DNA of 41,925 nucleotides from an uncultured Burkholderiales bacterium (lineage in GTDB: Bacteria; Actinomycetota; Acidimicrobiia; IMCC26256; PALSA-610), in the NCBI GenBank assembly GCA_964558245.1, contig CAZLEC010000001.1, positions 1-41,925 of the forward strand. The letters are read 5' to 3'. The notes below the pieces were generated by a model. It did no database searches. It was not told the DNA's origin and was given only the letters and a program-made list of their open reading frames with translations. Below are positions 13,194-22,250 of this stretch, one piece after another. A program made the position numbers and the translations under genes. Position 1 is the stretch's first letter; every line of letters starts with the position of its first letter.

Positions 13194-14276
13194 GTGACGC
13201 TGCGCGTCGCTTTGGTCGGCGGTCCGATGTACGACCGGCTGTACGAGACGTTCGCACCGGGTGAGGTCGAGATCGTGGTTCACGCCGACCATCCGACCCT
13301 CAACCGGCGGGTGGCCGAGATGCTCGCGGCCGGTGAGCGCATCGACGTGCTCGCGACCCACTCGAAGTACGCGCCGTCGCAATCGCAATGGCTGCTCCCG
13401 CTCGACGACCTCGTCGACGACGCGGCCGTCGCGCCGTTGGCGCCGCGCGCGGTCGAGCTGTGTCGATTCGACGACGCGCAGCTCTGCTTACCCCGCCTGA
13501 TCGACGTGCGGGTGCTGTGGGTTCGCTCCGATCGGGTCGACCCCGCGCCCGACACGTGGGACGCGCTCCTTGCCTCCGACACCGTGTTCGGCTTCCCGGG
13601 GCGGGAGTCCGGCTTGTTCGGCAGCTTCTTCGAGCTCGTGGTCGGTCTCGGAGGTGGGCTGTTCGACGCCGAGGTGCACCCGACGATGGCCACCCGCGAA
13701 GCCGAGCAGGCGATCGAGACGCTCTGCCGCCTCGCGGCGCGCGCTCCCGCCGACCTCGTCGACTGGCACTACGACGAGGTCGATGCCGCGTTGCTCGACG
13801 GACGCGTCGACGCGGCCGCCGCGTGGCCCGGCGGATGGGGTGCGATACGCACGTCGGCGCTCGCCGACCGGCTGGTGCCGCATCCCTATCCGGCCGGTCC
13901 GGCTCGGCGGGTCTCCTACGCCGGCTGCCACGCGTGGGCCGTCCCGAGAACCTGCGCAGACGTCGACGGCGCGCTCGCGCTGCTCCGGCGATTGCTGGAC
14001 ACCGAGCGGCAAGCGATCGACGCGGCCGGCGGGAGCATCTGCGCGCACCGCGGAGCACTCGCCGAGGTCGAGCCGCACGGCGAGATCGACCGCCGTCGTC
14101 TCGAGATCACGCGCCAGATGATCGACGACGCCATGATCACGTACCCGCCGCTCGTCCGGTTCCCCGAGATCGAAGACGCCGGATGGTCGGCGATCCGCGA
14201 CGCGCTCCGCGGCCAGTGCTCCCCGGCCGCGGCCGCGCGTGCTATCCAGTCGGTGTCGGAGCAAATCCTTGCGTAA
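13194..14276 (+). CDS. Periplasmic solute-binding-protein-like protein lacking any signal peptide
   Basis: GTG 13194 follows GGCGGAG. The sequence begins directly with the first SBP beta-strand (LRVALVGGPMYDRL), followed by DVLATHSKY, LPRLIDVRVLWVRSD...TWDALL and GFPGRESGLFGSFFEL. This is family-1 SBP-like by eye. There is no hydrophobic leader or lipobox. Confidence 0.7.
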   Translation: MTLRVALVGGPMYDRLYETFAPGEVEIVVHADHPTLNRRVAEMLAAGERIDVLATHSKYAPSQSQWLLPLDDLVDDAAVAPLAPRAVELCRFDDAQLCLPRLIDVRVLWVRSDRVDPAPDTWDALLASDTVFGFPGRESGLFGSFFELVVGLGGGLFDAEVHPTMATREAEQAIETLCRLAARAPADLVDWHYDEVDAALLDGRVDAAAAWPGGWGAIRTSALADRLVPHPYPAGPARRVSYAGCHAWAVPRTCADVDGALALLRRLLDTERQAIDAAGGSICAHRGALAEVEPHGEIDRRRLEITRQMIDDAMITYPPLVRFPEIEDAGWSAIRDALRGQCSPAAAARAIQSVSEQILA

Positions 14277-14287
14277 CTGGGGCTGAC

Positions 14288-15496
14288 GTGGGCATCTACC
14301 GGACGTTGCGATCGGTCGTTCGTTTCGATCGCATCGAGACCGATCCCGTGCAGCGTCGGCTCGCGCGCGCCGCGTCGGTCGCCGACCTCCGGCGCATCGC
14401 CAAGCGCCGGCTGCCGGGCGGCGTGTTCGACTACATCGACGGCGCCGCCGAAGACGAGCGCACGCTCGCCGCGAACGAGCGGGCCTTCGCCGACGTGACG
14501 TTCCGACCGCGCGTGCTCCGTGGCATCGCGAAGATCGACGCGACGTCGACGATCCTCGGCCGGCCGCTCGCGTACCCGTTGGTGCTCGCGCCCACCGGGT
14601 TCACGCGCATCGCCGATCCGCAGGGCGAGCTCGCCGTGGCGCGCGCCGCCGCGCGCGCCGGGCTGCCCTACACCCTGTCGACGCTGAGCACGCGCTCGAT
14701 CGAGGAGGTACGCGGGGTCAGCGACGGGCGGCTCTGGTTCCAGGTGTACGCGTGGCGCGACCGCGGGCTGGTCAACGAGATGATCGACCGGGCCGCAACC
14801 GCACGCTTCGAGGCCCTCGTGCTGACCGTCGACACGGCGGTCTTCGGTCGCCGCGAGCGCGACGTGCGGCGCGGGTTCTCACTGCCGCCGGCCATCGGGC
14901 CGGGCACGATCGTCGACGGTGCGCTCCACCCGGGATGGACGTGGGCCTTCGTGCGCAGCGAGCCGATCCGGTTCGCCAACGTCGCCGGCCGCGACGTCGG
15001 CGACGGCGCGTCGCCCGTGAACCTGTCCGACTACATCAATACCCAGTTCGATCCGGCGCTCTCGTGGCACGACGTCGACTGGCTCCGGTCGGTGTGGAAC
15101 GGTCCGATCGTGATCAAGGGCATCCAGACCGTCGACGATGCCGTCCTCGCAGCCGACGCTGGTGTCGACGCGATCGCGCTGTCGAACCACGGCGGGCGCC
15201 AGCTGGACGGCGCGCCCGCGTCGTTTTCGCTCGTCGCACCCGTCGCCGATGCGGTCGGCGGACGCGTCGAGATCATCTGCGACGGCGGGGTCCGCCGGGG
15301 GAGCGACATCGTGAAAGCCGTTGCGGCGGGGGCGAACGCGTGTATGGCCGGACGCGCGTATCTCTACGCCCTGGGCGCGGCCGGCGAGCGCGGCGTCGAT
15401 CGCGTCCTGACCTGGTTCCGCGACGACGTCGAGCGCACGCTGAATCTGGTCGGCGCGCCCGACCTCGCGGCCCTCGACCGCACCTTCCTCGCCTGA
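14288..15496 (+). CDS. FMN-dependent alpha-hydroxy-acid dehydrogenase, L-lactate dehydrogenase (LldD)-like
   Basis: The start is GTG 14288. Motifs: GGVFDYIDGAAEDERTL, LAPTG, LSTLST, WFQVY, TVDT, IVIKGI, LSNHGGRQLDG, DGGVRRGSD. The upstream part of ORF 13388..15496 overlaps the SBP-like gene in another frame and is shadow. Confidence 0.92.
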   Translation: MGIYRTLRSVVRFDRIETDPVQRRLARAASVADLRRIAKRRLPGGVFDYIDGAAEDERTLAANERAFADVTFRPRVLRGIAKIDATSTILGRPLAYPLVLAPTGFTRIADPQGELAVARAAARAGLPYTLSTLSTRSIEEVRGVSDGRLWFQVYAWRDRGLVNEMIDRAATARFEALVLTVDTAVFGRRERDVRRGFSLPPAIGPGTIVDGALHPGWTWAFVRSEPIRFANVAGRDVGDGASPVNLSDYINTQFDPALSWHDVDWLRSVWNGPIVIKGIQTVDDAVLAADAGVDAIALSNHGGRQLDGAPASFSLVAPVADAVGGRVEIICDGGVRRGSDIVKAVAAGANACMAGRAYLYALGAAGERGVDRVLTWFRDDVERTLNLVGAPDLAALDRTFLA

Positions 15497-15510
15497 CTCG
15501 CCGAAGATCT

Positions 15511-15531
15511 CCGGTTGAAACGCTCAACCGG
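15511..15531 (+). terminator. Stem-loop CCGGTTGA-AACGC-TCAACCGG, putative terminator of the plus-strand catabolic operon
   Basis: A perfect 8-bp inverted repeat, 15 nt after the stop at 15494-15496. There is no clear U-tract. Confidence 0.45.
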
Positions 15532-15622
15532 CCTCAGGTGTTCGTAAAGTCTTGATGCCGTCACCGTTCGGATGGACCGACGCGACATGCTGAGTGTCGC
15601 GGCGCCGGCAGTTGGAGCACCT

Positions 15623-16243
15623 ATGAGTCCCCGATCACTCGCCGGTACGGCCGCACTTCTCGCGACGCTCGCGTTGACCGCGTGTGGTGCGCAATCGCAG
15701 TCGCAATCCACGGCGAGCTCGACGAGCGGTCCCGCGGCGTCGGTACCGGCCAACTCGCCTTCGACCACGGCGAACATCGTGGCCTCCGCGCCCACGGCGC
15801 CCGTGGTTCCCACCACCGTGCAGCCGCATGCGCACACCGGCGGCACCGTGGTGATTCCGTCCGGCGGATTCGGGCCGCCGGCGCAGGTGACGCTTCTGAG
15901 TTTCGTCGACCCGGCTTCGGGTGCCGACCAGTTCGCCGTCCCCGTGGCCGGTGACCGTTTCGTGGGCGTGCGGCTCCGTGTCACGTTCGGCGGCACCAGC
16001 CCGGTGCAGGAGAACCTTGCCGGCGACACCTCGATCCAGGACTCCCAAGGCTCCACCTACTCCTCCACCCAGGCGAATCTTCAGGGCTGTCCGGCGTTCA
16101 CCACGGGCTTGACCCTTTCTCCGGGCAAGACGGCGACCGGCTGCGTGACGTTCGACGTCTCGGCGGCCACGACGATCACCGAAGTCATGTTCACGCCCGG
16201 CGGACAGTTGGGCAACGTGACGGCCGAGTGGGACATCCCGTAG
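15623..16243 (+). CDS. Lipoprotein with DUF4352-like C-terminal domain
   Basis: ATG 15623 follows GGAG. The signal MSPRSLAGTAALLATLALTACGAQ carries the lipobox LTAC, followed by a Ser/Thr/Pro-rich linker. The C-terminal beta-rich domain (GDRFVGVRLRVTF...GKTATGCVTFDV) resembles DUF4352. Confidence 0.8.
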   Translation: MSPRSLAGTAALLATLALTACGAQSQSQSTASSTSGPAASVPANSPSTTANIVASAPTAPVVPTTVQPHAHTGGTVVIPSGGFGPPAQVTLLSFVDPASGADQFAVPVAGDRFVGVRLRVTFGGTSPVQENLAGDTSIQDSQGSTYSSTQANLQGCPAFTTGLTLSPGKTATGCVTFDVSAATTITEVMFTPGGQLGNVTAEWDIP

Positions 16244-16246
16244 CGG

Positions 16247-17701
16247 TCAACCGATCAGCGTCGTCTTCGGGTGTGCCGGCAGGAGGACGGGCGGTCGGGG
16301 TTGCTGGTCGAAGTCGAAGTCCTTGGTGAGGTCGCCGAGAATCGGCACGTCCTCTCGAACGGTCGGACGCGGGTCGGGTCGCCCATCGGTCTTCGGGTCG
16401 AGGCGGGCACCGCCGAGGAAGTCGTCTTCGATGAACTTGTCGTAGGCGTCGAAGCTCAGGATCTGGTGATCGACGTATCCCGACTTGGCGTACGGGCTGA
16501 TCACGATTCCGGGGACCCGTAGGCCGTAACCGTTCGCGTCCACCCTGGGCGGTACGACGTTGTCGTAGAAGCCGCCCCAGTCGTCCCAAGCCAGGAAGAT
16601 CGCGGTAGAGCTCCAGTCGGGACTCCGCATGATCGCGTTGACGACTCTCGTGACGTAGGCGACTCCGGCGCTGATCGGTGCCGGCGGGTGCTCGCTCTGC
16701 CGCTGCGACGGCACGATCCACATGACGTCGGGGAGGCGCCCGCTCTTGGCCGCCGCCATGAAGTCGTGCAACGGCTGAATGTCGCCGAGCTGGTGGTCGT
16801 TGCGGACGGTGTCGAAGTAGGGCAGGGGATTCCAGACGCCGGGCGTCTGCGCGTTCTGCGCTACCGGCGCGCACGTGACGCTTCCGGAGACGCAATCGGG
16901 CTGCTCGCCCGCCGTGACGTAGTAGCGCCACGACACGTTCGCGCGGTGAAGGAGATACGTCAGGTCGGTCCAGGCGTAGATCGGCCCGTTCTCCGACGGG
17001 ACCAATGGATTGCCGGCGCGGGGCATGTTTCCCGGGCCGGTGCCGAGGAGATACTCGGCATTGCTGCACGACTTCGGATCGTTGTGCCGCGTGCACCGCG
17101 CGGACCATTCGGAGACCATGAACAAGTGCGCCGGGAGACTCCACGACGCGTTCGGCTCGAACATGTGATCTTGCAGCACGAAGTCGCGTGCGTAGGTCCA
17201 GTAGTTGGGCAGGTCGCTCTCGGTGTGATATCCCGCGACATCCGGTGGACCCGGATTCTTCGCGCTGACACACGTCGGATCCTGAGGGTCGACGCACTGG
17301 CGGCCCACGATGCGCGCGCGCTTGACGAAGCCGTCCATCCGGCCGCCGTCGATGTCGCGCGAGGCCTCGACGATCTGATGCGGACCGCCGTCGTTGCGGT
17401 TGAGGTGGTCGGGAAACAGCCGTACACACGGACGGCCGCGGGTGTCGGGCAGGCACACCGTCGGCGCGCCGTGCTTCATCGGGATGCCGTCGGCGCCCGG
17501 GAACGTCCCGAAGTAATTGTCGAACGAGCGGTTCTCCTGCATGATCACGACGATGTGCCGGATCTTGTGGATGCCGGTCAATGCCGCTGGTTTGTGGCCG
17601 GAGAACGCATAAGCGGTCGCGAGCACGCTCAAGCTCACCGCGATCGCGATCAGCCGGGCCACTCCGGCAACCCGTCGCCGTGTGCTCGGTACGGCAGACA
17701 C
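16247..17701 (-). CDS. Phosphoesterase family protein (phospholipase C / AcpA acid phosphatase family), Tat-type signal
   Basis: GTG 17701 follows GGGGAGG. The N-terminus is [27 protein letters not shown]. The family-defining [26 protein letters not shown] and the C-terminal [20 protein letters not shown] are present. Confidence 0.92.
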   Translation of the reverse strand: MSAVPSTRRRVAGVARLIAIAVSLSVLATAYAFSGHKPAALTGIHKIRHIVVIMQENRSFDNYFGTFPGADGIPMKHGAPTVCLPDTRGRPCVRLFPDHLNRNDGGPHQIVEASRDIDGGRMDGFVKRARIVGRQCVDPQDPTCVSAKNPGPPDVAGYHTESDLPNYWTYARDFVLQDHMFEPNASWSLPAHLFMVSEWSARCTRHNDPKSCSNAEYLLGTGPGNMPRAGNPLVPSENGPIYAWTDLTYLLHRANVSWRYYVTAGEQPDCVSGSVTCAPVAQNAQTPGVWNPLPYFDTVRNDHQLGDIQPLHDFMAAAKSGRLPDVMWIVPSQRQSEHPPAPISAGVAYVTRVVNAIMRSPDWSSTAIFLAWDDWGGFYDNVVPPRVDANGYGLRVPGIVISPYAKSGYVDHQILSFDAYDKFIEDDFLGGARLDPKTDGRPDPRPTVREDVPILGDLTKDFDFDQQPRPPVLLPAHPKTTLIG

Positions 17702-17903
17702 CGCGCAAGCCTCCCCGCCTCGATTTGCCGATCACCCTGGCAGACGGCCCGGGCGGGGCAAGGAATCGCGGCAAAGTCTTGACGGGTGCGTTACGTCAGT
17801 TGAGACGCGGGCGCCGCGCGAGGCGCGTCGCGCCGGCCGCGGCGTCTTTGGCCGGTGCTCCAGCTTGTGCGGGCCGCGCCGGGCGTGATCCGTTGGGAGT
17901 CTC

Positions 17904-19355
17904 GTGGAACGCTCCCGACTTCGCACGCGCGGCACTCGGCCCCGGCCGGTGTCGGTCGCGCTCGCGCTGATCGTCGTCGTCGGCGCGGTGATCCGCTTCT
18001 GGCACCTCGGCTCGACCGCGCTGAACTTCGACGAGTCGTTCACCGCCATGACCGGCCGCCTGCCGCTCGGAAGCATCTTCGGGTTCCTCCGCAACAACGA
18101 CTCCCATCCGCCGTTCGACTACCTGCTCCAACTCCCGCTCGCTCGGGCCGGTGTGAGCCCCTTCGTCTTCCGGTTGCCGTCCGTGCTCTGCTCGATTGCC
18201 GCGCTCGCGCTCTTCGCCTGGTGGATGCGCGATCGCGGACGCGTCGGCATCTACGCCACGGCCGCGATGGCGATCTGCGCGTTTCAGGTCGTGCACGGCC
18301 GCGAGGCGCGGATGTACGCCCCGTTGGAGCTCATCGGCGTGGCGTGCGCCGTGGTCGCGGACGCGTGGCTACACACGCCGCGGCGTAAATATGCCGTGCT
18401 GGTCGGCGCGCTGACGTTCGCGGGGCTGATGACGCATGTCTCGATGCTGCTCCTGGCGGTGGGCCTGCTCGCGCTGGCCGGCCGCCGGGTCGACGCCGCC
18501 GCCTGGCAGTGGCGCGGGGCCGTTCTTGGCGGCTTGGCCGCTTGGGCTCTGCTCTGGGGTGCGTCATTCCTCGTGCAGGCACGAGGCGGTCATTCGTCGT
18601 GGATACCGCACACCACGGCCGCCCGTTTCGTCGACACCATCAGCGCGCTCGTAACCACCCAAGCCGGTGTTGCCGACATCGTGGTGGTTGCCATCTGCGT
18701 GGGTGGGATCATCTGTTGGCGTCGCGACGCGACGTTGGCGCGGGTCCTGGCGTGTTGCTGTTTCGTGCCGGCGGGCTTGGCCGGACTCCTCGGATTGCGC
18801 TCGCCCGTGCTCCTCGATCGGACGCTCACCCTCGCGGCGTGGGGTCCGCTTCTCGCGTTGGCCGTGGCCGCCGATGCGCTCAGCCGTCGAGCCCGCGCGC
18901 TCGGCTTCCCGGCGGCGGCAATCACGGCCGTGGTGATGTTGGCGTCGACGGCGGGTGCGATCGCGGCGCCCGGCCCGACGGCCGCGCTCGACCAGCTCGA
19001 CCGCGTGGCCCGTCCGGGAGACGTGATCGCGATCCAGCCGCTTCCCAAAGGTGTCGAGCTCGACTGGACGCTCGCGATCCGTGGCGACGACGGGCCGACG
19101 CGTTCGGTACAGCTCCCCGGAATCCGCGACGCCGCCGCGGTCGCGCTCACGGGCCGCCGGCCGACGGGCCGGGTGTGGCTGATGCAGATCACGAGCCGGA
19201 AGATCGCGCTGGCCGGGGACCACCTCTGCGCGCCGACCTGGCATCGCGGTCTCACTCGGATGTTCTGCATCCGGCGTGAGTTCGGGCGGCGGTTCCCATC
19301 CGGCTCAAAGCCGTCAATTGCGTCGATCTATGCGCGGTACGCGGCGATGAAATAG
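17904..19355 (+). CDS. GT-C fold glycosyltransferase, family 39 / ArnT-PMT-like membrane protein
   Basis: The N-terminus is a TM helix followed by RFWHLGSTALNFDESFT, the first-loop (F/W)DE motif of ArnT/PMT-type enzymes. About 10 further hydrophobic segments follow, then a soluble C-terminal ~130 aa. Confidence 0.8.
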   Translation: MERSRLRTRGTRPRPVSVALALIVVVGAVIRFWHLGSTALNFDESFTAMTGRLPLGSIFGFLRNNDSHPPFDYLLQLPLARAGVSPFVFRLPSVLCSIAALALFAWWMRDRGRVGIYATAAMAICAFQVVHGREARMYAPLELIGVACAVVADAWLHTPRRKYAVLVGALTFAGLMTHVSMLLLAVGLLALAGRRVDAAAWQWRGAVLGGLAAWALLWGASFLVQARGGHSSWIPHTTAARFVDTISALVTTQAGVADIVVVAICVGGIICWRRDATLARVLACCCFVPAGLAGLLGLRSPVLLDRTLTLAAWGPLLALAVAADALSRRARALGFPAAAITAVVMLASTAGAIAAPGPTAALDQLDRVARPGDVIAIQPLPKGVELDWTLAIRGDDGPTRSVQLPGIRDAAAVALTGRRPTGRVWLMQITSRKIALAGDHLCAPTWHRGLTRMFCIRREFGRRFPSGSKPSIASIYARYAAMK

Positions 19356-19476
19356 CGGAGATGGCGACTCTTTACGAAGCCGTGAGACCTGGTGACCTCG
19401 CGTTTCGGTGTGCTTGCGCGCGGTTGGGCATGCTCTTCGCGTGTACGAGCGGGTAACGCGGTCGCGGCCTCGATCA

Positions 19477-20220
19477 GTGGGCCCGCTGCGAGTTCCCGAG
19501 ATCACCGCGTACTTCTGGATCGTGAAGGCGCTCTCGACCGCGATGGGCGAATCGACGTCGGACTATCTCGTGCACGCGATGCCGCCCGCGGTCGCGGTGT
19601 GCCTCGGGTTCGTCGGCTTCACCGCGGCCTTGGCGGTGCAGTTCTCGAAGCGGCGATACATCGCGTGGGCGTACTGGCTCGCGGTCGTCATGGTGGGTGT
19701 GTTCGGCACGATGGCGGCCGACGTGCTGCACGTCGGGCTCGGAGTTCCGTATTTCGCGTCGACCGCGCTGTACGCAGTCGTGCTCGTTGCGGTGTTCGCG
19801 ACCTGGCAGCGGACCGAAGGGACCTTGTCGATGCACAGCATCGATACGCCGCGACGAGAATTGTTCTACTGGGCGGCGATCGTCACCACGTTTGCCCTCG
19901 GCACGGCTCTCGGTGACGTCACCGCGGTCTCGCTGAACCTCGGCTACGCGCTCTCGATGTTGGTATTCGCGTGCGTGATCGCGATACCCGCTCTCGGCTC
20001 TTGGAAGTTCAGGTGGAACCCGATTCTCTCGTTCTGGTTCGCGTACGTCGTGACCCGTCCGCTCGGTGCGTCCTTCGCCGACTGGGTCGGCAAGCCGTCG
20101 AGCGCGGGCGGCCTCGGGTTCGGCAGCGGTCGGGTCAGTGTGGCCTTGACGATCGTGATCGCGGCGCTGGTCGTGTACCTCGGCGTCACGCACGACGACG
20201 TGCAGGCCGACACTCCGTGA
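19477..20220 (+). CDS. COG4705-type uncharacterised membrane-anchored protein
   Basis: VPEITAYFWIVKALSTAMGESTSDYL, followed by a second similar repeat (ELFYWAAIVTTFALGTALGDV), matches this family as I remember it. The start is uncertain: GTG 19477 is preferred because homologues start just before the PEIT motif, but the ORF track start is GTG 19408. Confidence 0.75.
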   Translation: MGPLRVPEITAYFWIVKALSTAMGESTSDYLVHAMPPAVAVCLGFVGFTAALAVQFSKRRYIAWAYWLAVVMVGVFGTMAADVLHVGLGVPYFASTALYAVVLVAVFATWQRTEGTLSMHSIDTPRRELFYWAAIVTTFALGTALGDVTAVSLNLGYALSMLVFACVIAIPALGSWKFRWNPILSFWFAYVVTRPLGASFADWVGKPSSAGGLGFGSGRVSVALTIVIAALVVYLGVTHDDVQADTP

Positions 20221-20274
20221 GCAGGAGCGCGTAGCGAGCCTCGAGAAGGGCGCCGGCCCCTTAGCATCGGGCTC

Positions 20275-20946
20275 GTGCCGGGTGCGGAGATTCTCGTGGT
20301 CGAGGACGACCAGCGGATCGGTAGCTCTCTCGCTCGCGCCCTCCAAGGGCAAGGCTACGCCGTCAAGTGGGCTCGCAACGGTGCCTCTGCCCTCGAGCTC
20401 CTCGATCCCACAACCGCGTTCGTGATCCTGGATCTCGGCCTCCCCGATGTCGACGGCGTCGACCTCTGCCGAACGCTGCGCGCGCAGAGTCCCGGCGTGC
20501 AAGTGCTCATCCTGACTGCACGCGGCGAGGAGGTCGATGTCGTCGTCGGCCTCGATGCGGGAGCCGACGACTACATCGTGAAGCCGTTCGGACTGGCGGA
20601 GCTGCTCGCCCGGATCCGGGTCTGCGAACGCCGGCGACCCGACACCGCGTACCTCACGATCGGCGACCTGGAGATCGACGTCGACGAACGGCGGGTCACC
20701 GTGCGCGGCGAGCCGGTGGAGCTCTCGGTCAAGGAGTACGAGCTGGTGTTGATGCTCGGTCGCAACGCGGGCGAGATCGTGCGGCGCTCTCACTTGATCG
20801 AGTCGATCTGGGACGAGCAATCGATCGGATCGACGAAGACCATCGATACGCACGTCTGGTCGCTTCGGCGCAAGCTCGACGCGGCCGACCGTCCGAGCCG
20901 GATCACCACAATCCGCGGCGTCGGATACCGGATGGAGCGCCAGTGA
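20275..20946 (+). CDS. OmpR/PhoB-family response regulator
   Basis: The receiver domain has ILVVEDD, the phospho-acceptor context FVILDLGLPDVDG, LILTAR and DDYIVKPF. The winged-helix output has LSVKEYELVLML...TIDTHVWSLRRKL...ITTIRGVGYRM. Confidence 0.95.
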   Translation: MPGAEILVVEDDQRIGSSLARALQGQGYAVKWARNGASALELLDPTTAFVILDLGLPDVDGVDLCRTLRAQSPGVQVLILTARGEEVDVVVGLDAGADDYIVKPFGLAELLARIRVCERRRPDTAYLTIGDLEIDVDERRVTVRGEPVELSVKEYELVLMLGRNAGEIVRRSHLIESIWDEQSIGSTKTIDTHVWSLRRKLDAADRPSRITTIRGVGYRMERQ

Positions 20947-22247
20947 GACGGCGCATGCTGACCTCGATGGTCGGCATCGCAGCAGTTGCGATCGTGCTCT
21001 TCGCCTTGCCCCTCGGTATCGCGGTGCGCAGTCTCTACAAGAACCACGAGGTGATCAAGCTCGAGCGCGAAGCGACGCGCGCGGTCGTCGCGTTGCCCGC
21101 GAAGGGCCTCGACCGCAACCGCATCACGGTTCCGATCGCCTCGCGCGGCGTCACGCTCGGCTACTACGACGGGCACGGCCGTCTCATCGCGGGTTCAGGA
21201 CCGCGCGACGGCGGTCCCGATGTCGCCGGCGCGCTCGCGGATCGCGTCACCGAGTCGGGCGGACGGACTCTGGTGATCGCCGTACCGATACCCGACGAGG
21301 CGAAGGTCGTCGGTGCGGCGCGCGCCGCCGAGTCCGCGAGTCGGGTCGACGATCGCACCTACACGACGTGGGCCGCGATGTTCGGGCTCGGCTGCCTCGC
21401 GCTGATCGTCGCGGCGCTGCTCGGGCGCCGTCAGGCTCGGCGCCTCGAAGTACCGATCAACGACATCGAGACAATTGCCGTGAGGCTCGGCGACGGCGAC
21501 TTCACCGCGCGCGTCGATCCCGACCACGCGCCCGAGCTCGCGCGCGCGGCCAACGCGTTGAATCAAACCGCGATCCGGCTCGGCGACCTGATGGCGCGGG
21601 AACGCTCGTTCACCGCAGACGTCTCGCACCAGCTCGCAACCCCGCTCACGAGCCTGCGTCTCGGTCTGGAGAGCGCGTTGATGACCCCGGGCATCGACAA
21701 GCAGGGCGCCATCGAAGACGCAGTCGCGGAGGTCGAACGACTCCAGGGCACCGTCACGACCCTGCTCGCGCTGGCTCGGGATACGCCCACCGAGGAGCCC
21801 GACTGTGATGTCGAGCGTGTTTGCGTCGACGTCGCCGAGCGGCACCGAGTGTCGCTCGCGGGCGCGAGTCGCGCGCTCGTGCTCGACATCGACCCCGCGC
21901 TCCCGGCGGCCGGCTGCTCCGCCGACGCGCTGCGCGAGATCGTGGAGGTGCTCGTCGACAATGCCGAGCGCCATGGGAACGGCACGGTTCATCTGCGCGG
22001 GCGGCGCGCGGGCCGCGGCATCGTCGTGGAGATCGAGGACGAAGGAAGCGGCATCACCGGCGACACCGGGCGCATCTTCGAGCGGGAGTCGTCGCGAGCA
22101 AACGGGCGCGGCATCGGGCTCGGGCTCGCGCGTGCACTGGCCGACGCCCACGGCGCGCGCCTTCGGTTGACGAGGGCGGCGCCCCATCCCGTGTTCGCGA
22201 TCGCGCTCGTCACGTCCAGATCCGACCACGCCGGTGAGCCGGACTGA
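20943..22247 (+). CDS. Sensor histidine kinase (2 TM, HAMP, HisKA, HATPase_c)
   Basis: GTG 20943 overlaps the response-regulator stop (GTGA). There are two hydrophobic spans. HAMP: INDIETIAVRLGDGDF. H-box: FTADVSHQLATPLTSL. N-box: LVDNAERHG. G-box: GRGIGLGLARALADAHG. Confidence 0.93.
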   Translation: MRRRMLTSMVGIAAVAIVLFALPLGIAVRSLYKNHEVIKLEREATRAVVALPAKGLDRNRITVPIASRGVTLGYYDGHGRLIAGSGPRDGGPDVAGALADRVTESGGRTLVIAVPIPDEAKVVGAARAAESASRVDDRTYTTWAAMFGLGCLALIVAALLGRRQARRLEVPINDIETIAVRLGDGDFTARVDPDHAPELARAANALNQTAIRLGDLMARERSFTADVSHQLATPLTSLRLGLESALMTPGIDKQGAIEDAVAEVERLQGTVTTLLALARDTPTEEPDCDVERVCVDVAERHRVSLAGASRALVLDIDPALPAAGCSADALREIVEVLVDNAERHGNGTVHLRGRRAGRGIVVEIEDEGSGITGDTGRIFERESSRANGRGIGLGLARALADAHGARLRLTRAAPHPVFAIALVTSRSDHAGEPD

Positions 22248-22250
22248 CGC

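Noticed and set aside
13388-14287. Upstream 300 codons of ORF 13388..15496
   Set aside because: It overlaps the SBP-like gene in another frame with Arg-rich shadow composition. LldD-type homology begins at GTG 14288.
16191-17782. ORFs 16191..17774(-) and 16688..17782(+), overlapping the phosphoesterase gene
   Set aside because: These are alternative-frame or antisense shadows. Only the frame 16247..17701(-) carries the [20 protein letters not shown] phosphoesterase signature.
17780-17798. Palindrome TGACG-N9-CGTCA in the divergent phosphoesterase / GT39 intergenic region, considered as a site for the Crp-like regulator
   Set aside because: The arms are only 5 bp, and the spacing and sequence do not fit the TGTGA-N6-TCACA type of site. 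It could easily arise by chance.
19474-20853. 459-aa minus-strand ORF spanning the COG4705 and response-regulator genes
   Set aside because: It is antisense to two well-supported genes and crosses their intergenic gap. Its composition is Arg/Asp/His-rich and it has no motifs.
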